Below are positions 41,464-49,875 of a stretch of DNA of 64,000 bases, one piece after another. The notes beneath the pieces are model-generated. The model made no database searches. It was not told the origin of the DNA and worked only from the letters and a program-made list of their open reading frames with translations. Positions within the stretch are counted from its first letter, which is position 1. Each line of letters starts with the position of its first letter. Made by a program: the position numbers and the translations under genes. This DNA is from a virus. The stretch spans positions 32,001-96,000 of the IMG/VR virus record IMGVR_UViG_3300023174_000087. One strand, written 5' to 3'.

Positions 41464-41632
41464 TTATACAGTATATAATGGTAAATTTGTTTGCCATGAA
41501 TGCAAGATTGAGGTCAGATCATTAAGGCTTTATGCAGAAACAAAGACTGCAACATGGATGTGTAAAGATAAACACCTAAGCACTGTTAAGTTTGGAAAAC
41601 AAAAAAGGAAAAATAATGACAGAGAAGAGTGA
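41456..41632 (+). CDS. Small Zn-binding protein, 58 aa (not in ORF track)
   Basis: MPSYTVYNGKFVCHEC...WMCKDKH; overlaps recA stop. Confidence 0.65.
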   Translation: MPSYTVYNGKFVCHECKIEVRSLRLYAETKTATWMCKDKHLSTVKFGKQKRKNNDREE

Positions 41633-41900
41633 GTCAAAGAGAATAGGTGCTAAGCAGCATAAGAACTCTGGTCGTAATACTCAAAAAGGTGATGCCACTT
41701 GGAACAACTTTGTCGTAGATTTTAAAGAAGTCAGCAAATCTTTTACATTAAATAAAGATGTTTGGGCAAAAGTAACAACAGATGCTATCAAAAATAGCAA
41801 AGACCCAGCAATTATTGTTGTTCTAGGAGAGGGTAACTCAAAAGTTAGGCTTGCAATAATAGAACTAGAAACATTAGAACAATTAACAGATAGGGTATAA
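41616..41900 (+). CDS. Holliday junction resolvase-like PD-(D/E)XK nuclease
   Basis: NSG...KGD...VDFK motif; follows recA. Confidence 0.65.
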   Translation: MTEKSESKRIGAKQHKNSGRNTQKGDATWNNFVVDFKEVSKSFTLNKDVWAKVTTDAIKNSKDPAIIVVLGEGNSKVRLAIIELETLEQLTDRV

Positions 41901-41907
41901 TAGTATT

Positions 41908-42633
41908 ATGGATACAGGATACGCACCAAAAAATAAGATTGTCCCCCACATTGTAAAGGGGTTCTTCACAGAAGAAGAGATTTCTGAAATTCTTGCTATT
42001 GTGGAAAGACAAAAAACAGACGAGTCATTAGATTCTTTTTATAGACCCTTTATGCTGCCAAAGATGTCAAGAATGCAAATTGAGGTAATGTACCCAGATC
42101 ATATAGTGGAAAAACTTGAACGATTTGCTTCAGAAGTTGCTGGAGAAGAATTAAAAATGTACCATAATAGTTATTTAAGTTATAACCTAGAACACACAGA
42201 AACAAAAGATGCAAATCCAAAACTTCCTCCACACTATGATTCAGATAATTATTTTTCTAAGTTGACATTAGACTATCAATTAAATAAAACCCTTGATTGG
42301 ACAATTCATATTGAAGAAGATAAATTTGATCTTGAGTACGGAGACTTGCTTGTATTTTGGGGTGCAGGTCAGGTTCATTGGAGAAATCCAGTTTTATTTA
42401 GAGAAGGAGATAGCACAGAAGTTTTAACTATGCACTTTTCAAACAAAGAAGATTTTGAAAATTTAAATGATCTTGCAAGAAAAGTAGAGGAAAGAGAAGC
42501 AAGACTTGAAAAATGGGGTCAAATTCCAGAGTATGTAGAATACTGGCAGCAATATGAAAAACAAAATGATCTTGTTGTAAAAAGAAAAAAATTAATGCAA
42601 ATTATAAAACAAAACACCAAAACAACGGAGTAA
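41908..42633 (+). CDS. 2OG-Fe(II) dioxygenase-like protein (leaderless insertion)
   Basis: LPPHYD (HxD)...GDLLVF.G..VHWR; TATAAT 41896-41901 6 nt before ATG. Confidence 0.75.
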   Translation: MDTGYAPKNKIVPHIVKGFFTEEEISEILAIVERQKTDESLDSFYRPFMLPKMSRMQIEVMYPDHIVEKLERFASEVAGEELKMYHNSYLSYNLEHTETKDANPKLPPHYDSDNYFSKLTLDYQLNKTLDWTIHIEEDKFDLEYGDLLVFWGAGQVHWRNPVLFREGDSTEVLTMHFSNKEDFENLNDLARKVEEREARLEKWGQIPEYVEYWQQYEKQNDLVVKRKKLMQIIKQNTKTTE

Positions 42634-42638
42634 AAAAA

Positions 42639-42944
42639 ATGGAAAAAGAAGTAACAACGCTAGACATGGTAAATGGTTTAGCAGAAATTGCCGACTACAT
42701 GGAAGATGAAGAACTTACTCAGGCACTAACCTTTATTGCCAAGATCATAATTAAACCAGATATACCGCTAAATGTAGCAACTGTTGAGATTGTTAGACTT
42801 CAGGCAATTGCAGCAAAGATGTCTTTTAAAGCAACCTGGATGGCCAATGTTGACAAGTCTGACAGAGGAAAGAAAAATCTTTATTACACTGCTGCTGAAT
42901 CAATCAACAATCTTGTTTCTGCTCTAAAATATATAACACGCTGA
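42639..42944 (+). CDS. Hypothetical helical protein
   Basis: Intact ORF with SD GGAG. Confidence 0.65.
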   Translation: MEKEVTTLDMVNGLAEIADYMEDEELTQALTFIAKIIIKPDIPLNVATVEIVRLQAIAAKMSFKATWMANVDKSDRGKKNLYYTAAESINNLVSALKYITR

Positions 42945-42948
42945 TATA

Positions 42949-42957
42949 TGCTATACT
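42949..42957 (+). promoter_or_regulatory. Extended -10 promoter TGCTATACT
   Basis: Intergenic; matches the recurring motif. Confidence 0.6.
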
Positions 42958-42981
42958 TAATAGAATAGAAATGGAATAATA

Positions 42982-43776
42982 ATGACAAAAAGTTTATTGC
43001 AACAGATTATGATAAAAAAAGATACACTTCCCGCACATCCACTAGAAGTTGATGCTTTGGTTGAAAAAATTAAAACTGGATATACAGTTAATCGCATTGA
43101 TAAGCATACTCAAAAGAAAACATTTGCGCCTTCTACTATCGCATATGGTCATGGAGAATGTCCTAGATATTGGTACCTTGCTTTTGATGGTCAAACATTT
43201 GAAGATAATGCAGATGCTTATGGAGCAGCAAATATGACTGCTGGTACAAAATCTCATGAAAGAATTCAAGATGCTATGGGAAATGTTCCAGATTTCCTTA
43301 TCGACTCTGAGTTTAAGATTACATATCCAGATCCTCCCATCTTTGGATATGGAGACGTAATGCTTAACTGGCAAGGAGAACCTTTGCTTGGCGAAATTAA
43401 AACAATGATGAATGAGGGTTTTGAATATCGTAAAGCGCATATGAAACCAAAGACTGGTCATCTAATTCAATTATTAATTTATATGAAGATTTTAAAGAAA
43501 GCAAAAGCAGTATTAATTTATGAAAATAAAAATAACCACGAACTATTAGTTTTGCCAGTAGAAGTAAATGATCATTACCGTCAATGGGTAGATCAGGCTT
43601 TTGAGTGGATGCGGACAGTTAGAAAGGCTTGGATAGATAGAACTTTGCCCAAGAAAAACTATAGGTCTAATTCAAAGATTTGTAAAAATTGTCCAATTCA
43701 AAAGGCTTGTTCAGCAGCAGAGGTTGGGGATCTTAAAATTAATTCCTTGGAGCCTTTGACTGATGAAGCATTGTAG
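42982..43776 (+). CDS. Cas4/RecB-like exonuclease with four-Cys Fe-S motif
   Basis: CPRYWY...GD...EIKT...QLLIYM...CKNCPIQKAC. Confidence 0.85.
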   Translation: MTKSLLQQIMIKKDTLPAHPLEVDALVEKIKTGYTVNRIDKHTQKKTFAPSTIAYGHGECPRYWYLAFDGQTFEDNADAYGAANMTAGTKSHERIQDAMGNVPDFLIDSEFKITYPDPPIFGYGDVMLNWQGEPLLGEIKTMMNEGFEYRKAHMKPKTGHLIQLLIYMKILKKAKAVLIYENKNNHELLVLPVEVNDHYRQWVDQAFEWMRTVRKAWIDRTLPKKNYRSNSKICKNCPIQKACSAAEVGDLKINSLEPLTDEAL

Positions 43777-44047
43777 TTGGTGTGACAATCAATTTTCAAC
43801 GGCAATCTCTTACCAGATATACTGTTCTCCTGAATGTAGAGAGTCAGCAACAAAAGAAAAAATTGCTGCAAGATACATGCATTCAAGAAGACAAAAAAGA
43901 AAAGGTAAGGATAGGCGTTGCAAGTCTTGTGACAAACAACTATCAATTTATAATGATGATGCATTATGTGCTGAATGTAACATAAACCCAATGGTGGTGG
44001 CAAAAGTTATTAAACAGATTAAAGGAATTGCAAATGGTAAAGAATAA
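43763..44047 (+). CDS. Cys-rich zinc-binding protein
   Basis: CSWC, CSPEC, CKSC, CAEC. Confidence 0.65.
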   Translation: MKHCSWCDNQFSTAISYQIYCSPECRESATKEKIAARYMHSRRQKRKGKDRRCKSCDKQLSIYNDDALCAECNINPMVVAKVIKQIKGIANGKE

Positions 44048-44618
44048 ATGGGGTATTGAAATTATTCCACAAATTATATGCTCTATTGATGCAAGTACTA
44101 ATAATCTTGCTTTTGCTATCTTTAATACTAATAAAAAAACTTTAGAATCAGTTGGTAAGATTAATTTTGAAGGTAGTAATACCTATGAAAAAGTTATGGA
44201 TGCTGGGCAAAAAGTTAAGGCATTCCTTGACATTTATGGTGGGTTTGAAGCGATAGTTATTGAGCATACAGTATTTATGAATAGCCCTAAGACTGCTGCG
44301 GATCTAGCATTAGTTCAAGGAGCCATTCTTGGCGCTGCAGGACAATCAGGCACTAAGGTAATAGGTAGGGTTGCTCCAATAACTTGGCAAAATTTTATTG
44401 GTAATAAAAAAATATCCAAAGATGAAAAACTATATATTCGATCACAAAATCCAGATAAGTCAGATTCATGGCTTAAGGCATATGAAAGAGAACTAAGAAA
44501 ACAAAGAACAATAAATTTTATTAATATTCAGTATGATAGAACAATAAACGACAATGATGTCGCAGATGCTTGTGGAATTGGTCACTGGGCAATGAAAAAT
44601 TGGGACAAAGCAATATGA
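44028..44618 (+). CDS. RuvC-like resolvase
   Basis: SIDAST, IVIEH, LVQGAI, DVADACGI. Confidence 0.8.
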   Translation: MQMVKNKWGIEIIPQIICSIDASTNNLAFAIFNTNKKTLESVGKINFEGSNTYEKVMDAGQKVKAFLDIYGGFEAIVIEHTVFMNSPKTAADLALVQGAILGAAGQSGTKVIGRVAPITWQNFIGNKKISKDEKLYIRSQNPDKSDSWLKAYERELRKQRTINFINIQYDRTINDNDVADACGIGHWAMKNWDKAI

Positions 44619-45670
44619 GGATATTAGTATCAATAATTTCTTATAAAGAGGGAGATCTTCGTGGAACAGTTTTAGATTGCTACAACAAAGCAAAAAATAA
44701 AGAAGATTTAATATTTTCTATAGTAGAGGAACACTATCCAGAATTTTATTCAGATTTAAGTTTTATTCCAAAGAAACAAATAATATATAGGAAATATGAT
44801 CTTTCTAAATATAGGGGAATTTTATGGGCAAGAAATTTAACAACAAAAAATATTTTTGTTAACTACGATTATGTATTATATATTTGTGGTCATACGAGGT
44901 TTGAGGAAGACTGGGATGTTACTTGTTTACAGGAATACGCAAAAGCAAAAGCAAAATCTGAAACAGGTAAAGCAATTTTAACATTTTGCAGTCCAGATTT
45001 TGAGTACAATAATGACTGGTCTATTAGATATAAAGATAAAGTTAAAACAAACTTATATCATCCGTCAATAAATGGTTACGATCCAAGGTCTCAGTCTCCA
45101 TCAGATTTTATTCCAGGCTATTGGTTTCCAATTGGTCATGCTCCACCCGAAGATGATGATGTTCATGAAAACTATTGGGTTCATTTCACTTGGTGTTTTG
45201 CAGAAAAATCTTATGTGGAGGAAGTTCCATTAGATCCAGAGATGAATTTTAATGGAGAAGAACCCTATGTTTCTTTGCAATCCTGGGGTCGTGGTTGGAG
45301 AATGTATGCAACATCTAAAATATTTTATTATCACCATCTTTCAAGATCTTATCCAGGAGAAAAAGAAAGCAGATATAGAACTGCAAGACCATGGGCAGAT
45401 GACAAAAAGAAAGAACACTGGGAGCACTCAAGAAAGGCAATGTTAAAACTCAATATGTTATTTTCTGGAAGGTTAGATGGCAAGTATGGTGGAATATCAT
45501 TAAAAACAGCAACTGAATATTGCAAAAAAAGTGGTATTAATTTAAAGTGGACAGAATATGATCCAGAGTATGACAAGATTGATGGATACCAACATATGAT
45601 GTGGATAAAAAATGATGAGCCAATTAAGAGAGAAGATTTAGATTGGAAAATTCCAGAGGTTGACAAATAG
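44615..45670 (+). CDS. GT60-like (Skp1/Gnt1-type) GlcNAc transferase
   Basis: VSIISYKE, GILWARN, CGHTRFEEDWD (cf. DSHxRF..WD), FNGEE, WGRGWRMY, YHH. Confidence 0.75.
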   Translation: MRILVSIISYKEGDLRGTVLDCYNKAKNKEDLIFSIVEEHYPEFYSDLSFIPKKQIIYRKYDLSKYRGILWARNLTTKNIFVNYDYVLYICGHTRFEEDWDVTCLQEYAKAKAKSETGKAILTFCSPDFEYNNDWSIRYKDKVKTNLYHPSINGYDPRSQSPSDFIPGYWFPIGHAPPEDDDVHENYWVHFTWCFAEKSYVEEVPLDPEMNFNGEEPYVSLQSWGRGWRMYATSKIFYYHHLSRSYPGEKESRYRTARPWADDKKKEHWEHSRKAMLKLNMLFSGRLDGKYGGISLKTATEYCKKSGINLKWTEYDPEYDKIDGYQHMMWIKNDEPIKREDLDWKIPEVDK

Positions 45671-45674
45671 GATT

Positions 45675-45830
45675 ATGGCTGCTAAACTATATACATCAGA
45701 AGTTTTTATGCGTAAGAGATATCTCATAGATAAAAAGACTCCAGAAGAAATTGCAAAAGAATGCGGAGTAAGTCTAGAAACTATCTATGTGTATCTTGCT
45801 AAATTTGGATTAAGGAAGTCAAGAAGATGA
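45675..45830 (+). CDS. Small HTH DNA-binding protein, 51 aa (not in ORF track)
   Basis: KTPEEIAKECGVSLETIYVYLAKFGL. Confidence 0.75.
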   Translation: MAAKLYTSEVFMRKRYLIDKKTPEEIAKECGVSLETIYVYLAKFGLRKSRR

Positions 45831-45949
45831 ATAAGATTCAAAAAACATTTGCTGTTATAACTATTGCTAGTGCAGTGGGAATTTCCTATGCACTATATAC
45901 TCTTAGGGGTTTGCCAGAAGCATTTGATTGGGAGGAAGATGATGAATAA
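45827..45949 (+). CDS. Small membrane peptide, 40 aa (not in ORF track)
   Basis: MNKIQKTFAVITIASAVGISYALYTL...acidic tail; ATGA coupling. Confidence 0.55.
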   Translation: MNKIQKTFAVITIASAVGISYALYTLRGLPEAFDWEEDDE

Positions 45950-46103
45950 AATTAAACATTTTATGTATTTTGGAAAATTAAAATTTAAGCAGATGACTTG
46001 CAAGCATTTAGATTCATCAATTTCTTCATGCCCTTTTACAGAAAGAACATATACAACATGTTTGTTGTGTTTCAAACAATTAAATGTTGAGGTTACAAAA
46101 TGA
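45939..46103 (+). CDS. Small Cys-rich protein
   Basis: CKH...SCPFT...TCLLC; GGAGG upstream. Confidence 0.55.
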   Translation: MMNKIKHFMYFGKLKFKQMTCKHLDSSISSCPFTERTYTTCLLCFKQLNVEVTK

Positions 46104-46342
46104 GCAATAAGTTAAATATAACAGTTGACCAAGTAAATAATCCATTGCATTATACATCGGATCCCTCTGGCATTGAGTGCATTGAGATTACTAGACATAG
46201 AAATTTTAATGTTGGAAATGCATTTAAATATCTTTGGAGAGCAGGTCTTAAAGATGAAGCAAAAACTATTCAAGATTTAGAAAAAGCAATTTTTTACATT
46301 AAAGATGAAATTAATAGACTAGAGGGCAAGTATGTCAACTGA
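46100..46342 (+). CDS. DUF3310-like protein
   Basis: VNNPLHY...ECIEI...GNAFKYLWR...DLEKAIFY. Confidence 0.8.
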   Translation: MSNKLNITVDQVNNPLHYTSDPSGIECIEITRHRNFNVGNAFKYLWRAGLKDEAKTIQDLEKAIFYIKDEINRLEGKYVN

Positions 46343-46865
46343 AGATGATGTTGTTAAGCATTTAGACCAAGTAAATCTTGTTGTTGAAGAATACCTAAAG
46401 GGCAATGATCCAACACAAATATCTAAAGAACTTTCTATACCAAGACAAAGAGTTGTTGCGTATATAGATGAGTGGAAAGTTAGCGCATCAAATAATGCTG
46501 CAATTAGAGCAAGAGCAAAAGAAGCACTTGCTGGAGCAGACCAACACTACGGATTACTAATATCCAAATCGTATGAAGTTATTGATGAAGCGTCAATGAC
46601 TAATAATCTTAGTGCAAAAACTGCTGCAATTAAACTTGTTATGGATATTGAATCAAAGCGAATTGATATGCTTCAAAAGGCTGGTCTTCTTGAAAATAAA
46701 GAACTTGCTGACGAAATGGTTGAAATTGAAAAGCGTCAAGAAGTTTTGGTTGGAATTCTTCGTGAAATTGCTTCATCTCATCCAGAAGTTCGTGACCTTA
46801 TCATGCGTAGGCTTTCTGATATATCAAAAGAAAATGAAGTTATAACGGTAATTGCAGATGTATGA
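46332..46865 (+). CDS. Terminase small subunit (putative; N-terminal HTH)
   Basis: HTH plus helical domain; overlaps the large terminase start. Confidence 0.6.
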   Translation: MSTEDDVVKHLDQVNLVVEEYLKGNDPTQISKELSIPRQRVVAYIDEWKVSASNNAAIRARAKEALAGADQHYGLLISKSYEVIDEASMTNNLSAKTAAIKLVMDIESKRIDMLQKAGLLENKELADEMVEIEKRQEVLVGILREIASSHPEVRDLIMRRLSDISKENEVITVIADV

Positions 46866-48627
46866 TGAATTTTTAGATGTACTTAAAGACAATAACTTTA
46901 GAGAGATGCCTGTAAATGCTAAAGCATTTGTTGAGGGTGAAAATTATTTGGGTCAGCCACCACTATCAGATATTCAGTATGACATTGTAGAAGCAATGAG
47001 TCAAATATATAAATTAGAAGATGTTATTGATATCTTGGGTGAAGCAGAAGGAACTAGGTATTATAAAAAATACACTAAAAATGAAATTATTTTACAACTT
47101 GGCAAGGGATCTGGAAAAGATTTTACATCTACGGTAGCCTGTGCATATATAGTTTATAAACTACTATGTCTTAAAGAACCAGCAAGATATTTTGGAAAAC
47201 CACATGGAGATGCTATTGATATTATCAATGTGGCTATTAATGCTCAACAAGCAAAGAATGTTTTTTTTAAAGGTTTTAAAACAAAAATTGAAAATTCTCC
47301 ATGGTTTGCAGGAAAATATAACGCAAAGGCTGAGTCTATAGAGTTTAATGATTCAATTACGGTTTACTCTGGTCATTCAGAGCGTGAGTCGCATGAAGGC
47401 TTAAACCTTATTCTTGCTGTTCTAGATGAAATATCTGGTTTTGCACAAGAGGTAGCAACTGGAAACGAACAAGGAAAGACTGCAGACAATATCTATAAGG
47501 CATTCCGTGCATCAGTAGATTCTCGTTTTCCAGATCTTGGAAAGGTTGCTCTTCTTTCTTTTCCTAGATATCCTGGAGACTTTATTTCACAAAAGTATGA
47601 TGATGTAATTGCAGAAAAAGAAGTTATAAACTACACTCATAATTTTATTATGAATCCAGATCTTCCAGAAGATGCTACGGGAAACTCACTTGAAATCAAT
47701 TGGGACGAAGACACAATCGTTTCATACAAGTACCCAGGTGTGTTTGCTTTAAAAAGACCAACATGGGTTGTAAATCCTACTAGAAAAATTGATGACTTTA
47801 AGTTAGCATTTTATACAGATCTTGGTGATGCTATGCAAAGATTTGCATGCGTACCAACATATTCTTCTGATGCATTCTTTAAACAAATTGAAAAGGTTAG
47901 GTCGTGCATGACACTTCGTAACCCATTGGATAATTTTAGAAGGTTTGATGAAACATTTAAACCAGATCCAGAAAAAATTTATTATATACATGCTGACCTA
48001 GCCCAAAAACATGATAAGTGTGCTGTTGCAATTGCACATGTTGATAAGTGGGTAAATATTCAGGTAATCAAAGATTATCAGCAAGTAGCACCAGTAGTAG
48101 TGGTAGATGCAGTTGCTTATTGGGAACCAAAAGTAGAAGGTCCAGTAAACCTATCAGAAGTTAAACAATGGATTCAAAACTTAAGAAGGCTTGGATTCAA
48201 TATTGGGATGGTTTCTTTTGACCGTTGGCAATCATTTGATATTCAGAATGAACTAAAGCAGGTTGGAATGAGAACTGAAACTGTTTCTGTTGCCAAAAAG
48301 CACTATGAAGATATGGCTATGCTTGTGTATGAGGAAAGACTTGCAATGCCTGCTATAGATCTTTTGTTTGAAGAACTTACAGAACTTAAGATTATGAAAA
48401 ATGACAGAGTTGACCACCCCCGCAAAAAGTCTAAAGACTTGGCAGATGCGGTTTGTGGTGCAATTTTTGGAGCAATATCACACACTCCAAAAAACATGGA
48501 TCAAGAAATTGAGATCCATACCTTTAGGGATAGACCTAAAGTTGACATGAATCAAGACAATGTGATACACTATAAACCTATGCCAGATGATGTAAAAGAT
48601 TATTTGGATAGATTTAATCTACTATAA
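46858..48627 (+). CDS. terL: Terminase large subunit
   Basis: GKGSGKD Walker A, VLDE Walker B, HADLA, FDRWQS, DHP...SKDLADA. Confidence 0.92.
   Translation: MYDEFLDVLKDNNFREMPVNAKAFVEGENYLGQPPLSDIQYDIVEAMSQIYKLEDVIDILGEAEGTRYYKKYTKNEIILQLGKGSGKDFTSTVACAYIVYKLLCLKEPARYFGKPHGDAIDIINVAINAQQAKNVFFKGFKTKIENSPWFAGKYNAKAESIEFNDSITVYSGHSERESHEGLNLILAVLDEISGFAQEVATGNEQGKTADNIYKAFRASVDSRFPDLGKVALLSFPRYPGDFISQKYDDVIAEKEVINYTHNFIMNPDLPEDATGNSLEINWDEDTIVSYKYPGVFALKRPTWVVNPTRKIDDFKLAFYTDLGDAMQRFACVPTYSSDAFFKQIEKVRSCMTLRNPLDNFRRFDETFKPDPEKIYYIHADLAQKHDKCAVAIAHVDKWVNIQVIKDYQQVAPVVVVDAVAYWEPKVEGPVNLSEVKQWIQNLRRLGFNIGMVSFDRWQSFDIQNELKQVGMRTETVSVAKKHYEDMAMLVYEERLAMPAIDLLFEELTELKIMKNDRVDHPRKKSKDLADAVCGAIFGAISHTPKNMDQEIEIHTFRDRPKVDMNQDNVIHYKPMPDDVKDYLDRFNLL
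48542..48571 (+). promoter_or_regulatory. Sigma70-type promoter inside the terminase 3' end
   Basis: TTGACA-18 nt-TACACT with TG extension; upstream of 48643. Confidence 0.55.
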
Positions 48628-48642
48628 AGAAAAGAGAAATGA

Positions 48643-49770
48643 ATGAATTCATTTAAGAAAATTGCACTAGCCATGGTTGCAGCCATGACTTTGGGCACAA
48701 TCGTAGCAACACCTGCAAGTGCTGCTGTAATGACAGTCGCTGTATCGCTTGACTCTGTAGCAAACACTACAGCATCAGCAATCGCTACACCTGCATCATT
48801 GCCAGTCCCTGCAGACAACTCTGTTGATGCTGCTGATGCACTAAAGTTCGTTGCAACAGTTGACGTAGGAACAAGCGTAACTGTTTCAGCAACAAATGCA
48901 ACAATCGTGTCTGCACTACACACATCTGCTGCACCAGTAGGAGCAACATCAGGATCATCATCTTTGACAGTTGCAACTGGTACAGGAACAACAGCAACAT
49001 TTTATGTCTACACAAAGACAACAGCAATTGGTACAGTTGTAATCAACAACCAGGGAACAACTCTTACATACTATGTACAGGGAACTGCTGGTAAGATTAA
49101 CTCTCTTACAGTCTCTGCACCAACATCAGGCGCTGCTGGCACAAAGCAAGACATCACAGTAACTGCAACAGATACTTTTGGTAACAAGGTTTCTGGTAAG
49201 TCAATTACTGCAACAGTATTCGCTTCAACAGCAACACTAGATACAGCAACAGCAACAACTGGTGCTACACTTTCAGACTTTGGAGTTGCTACATTTAAGG
49301 CAACACTTCCAACAACTGGAACACGCTCACTAATCACATTTGCACCAACAACTTCAACAGATGCAACATCTGCAGATGTAGTCGGACTTCCTGCTCGTGC
49401 CCTTGCACCATTTGCAGAAATCGCAGTTCGTGATCTAGTATCAGAACTTGCTGCACAAGTTGCTGCTAAGGATGCAGCACTTGCTGCAAAGGCAATCGCA
49501 GATGCTGCAGTTGTAAAGGCTAACGCTGATGCTTCTGCTGCTAAGGTTGCTTCAGATGCTGCTCTTGCAGCAGAAAAGGCTGCTTCTGCAAAGGCACTTG
49601 CTGATGCAAAGACTGCACATGATGCAGTTGTAGTTGCTAAAGATGCACAGATTGCAAAGTTGACTGCAGATAATGCTGCTACAATTGCAAATCTTAAGGC
49701 ATCATTTAATGCACTTGCTAAGCAGTGGAATGCAAAGAATCCAAAGGCCAAGGTTACTTTAGTTAAGTAA
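48643..49770 (+). CDS. Secreted Ala/Thr-rich surface (S-layer/Ig-like) protein with C-terminal coiled coil
   Basis: Signal peptide MNSFKKIALAMVAAMTLGTIVATPASA; Ig-like VTATDTFGNKV; capsid-like codon bias. Confidence 0.7.
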   Translation: MNSFKKIALAMVAAMTLGTIVATPASAAVMTVAVSLDSVANTTASAIATPASLPVPADNSVDAADALKFVATVDVGTSVTVSATNATIVSALHTSAAPVGATSGSSSLTVATGTGTTATFYVYTKTTAIGTVVINNQGTTLTYYVQGTAGKINSLTVSAPTSGAAGTKQDITVTATDTFGNKVSGKSITATVFASTATLDTATATTGATLSDFGVATFKATLPTTGTRSLITFAPTTSTDATSADVVGLPARALAPFAEIAVRDLVSELAAQVAAKDAALAAKAIADAAVVKANADASAAKVASDAALAAEKAASAKALADAKTAHDAVVVAKDAQIAKLTADNAATIANLKASFNALAKQWNAKNPKAKVTLVK

Positions 49771-49783
49771 TTAGTCCAACATT

Positions 49784-49816
49784 AAAGGGGTTACCAATTA
49801 CGGTAGCCCCTTTTTT
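49784..49816 (+). terminator. Rho-independent terminator
   Basis: AAAGGGGTTACC-AATTAC-GGTAGCCCCTTTTTT. Confidence 0.88.
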
Positions 49817-49827
49817 GTGGAATAAAA

Positions 49828-49836
49828 TGGTATAAT
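49828..49836 (+). promoter_or_regulatory. Extended -10 promoter TGGTATAAT
   Basis: Perfect consensus right after the terminator. Confidence 0.75.
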
Positions 49837-49875
49837 CATCCTAGCAGACATCTTGTCTCTAAGGGGGAAAGGTAA

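Noticed and set aside
42982-43776. Cas4-like gene as a sign of a CRISPR-Cas system
   Set aside because: No repeat-spacer array or other cas genes seen; solo Cas4-like nucleases are usual in phage recombination modules
49071-49751. 226-aa minus-strand ORF
   Set aside because: Antisense shadow of an Ala/Thr-rich gene with biased codons; no promoter or RBS support
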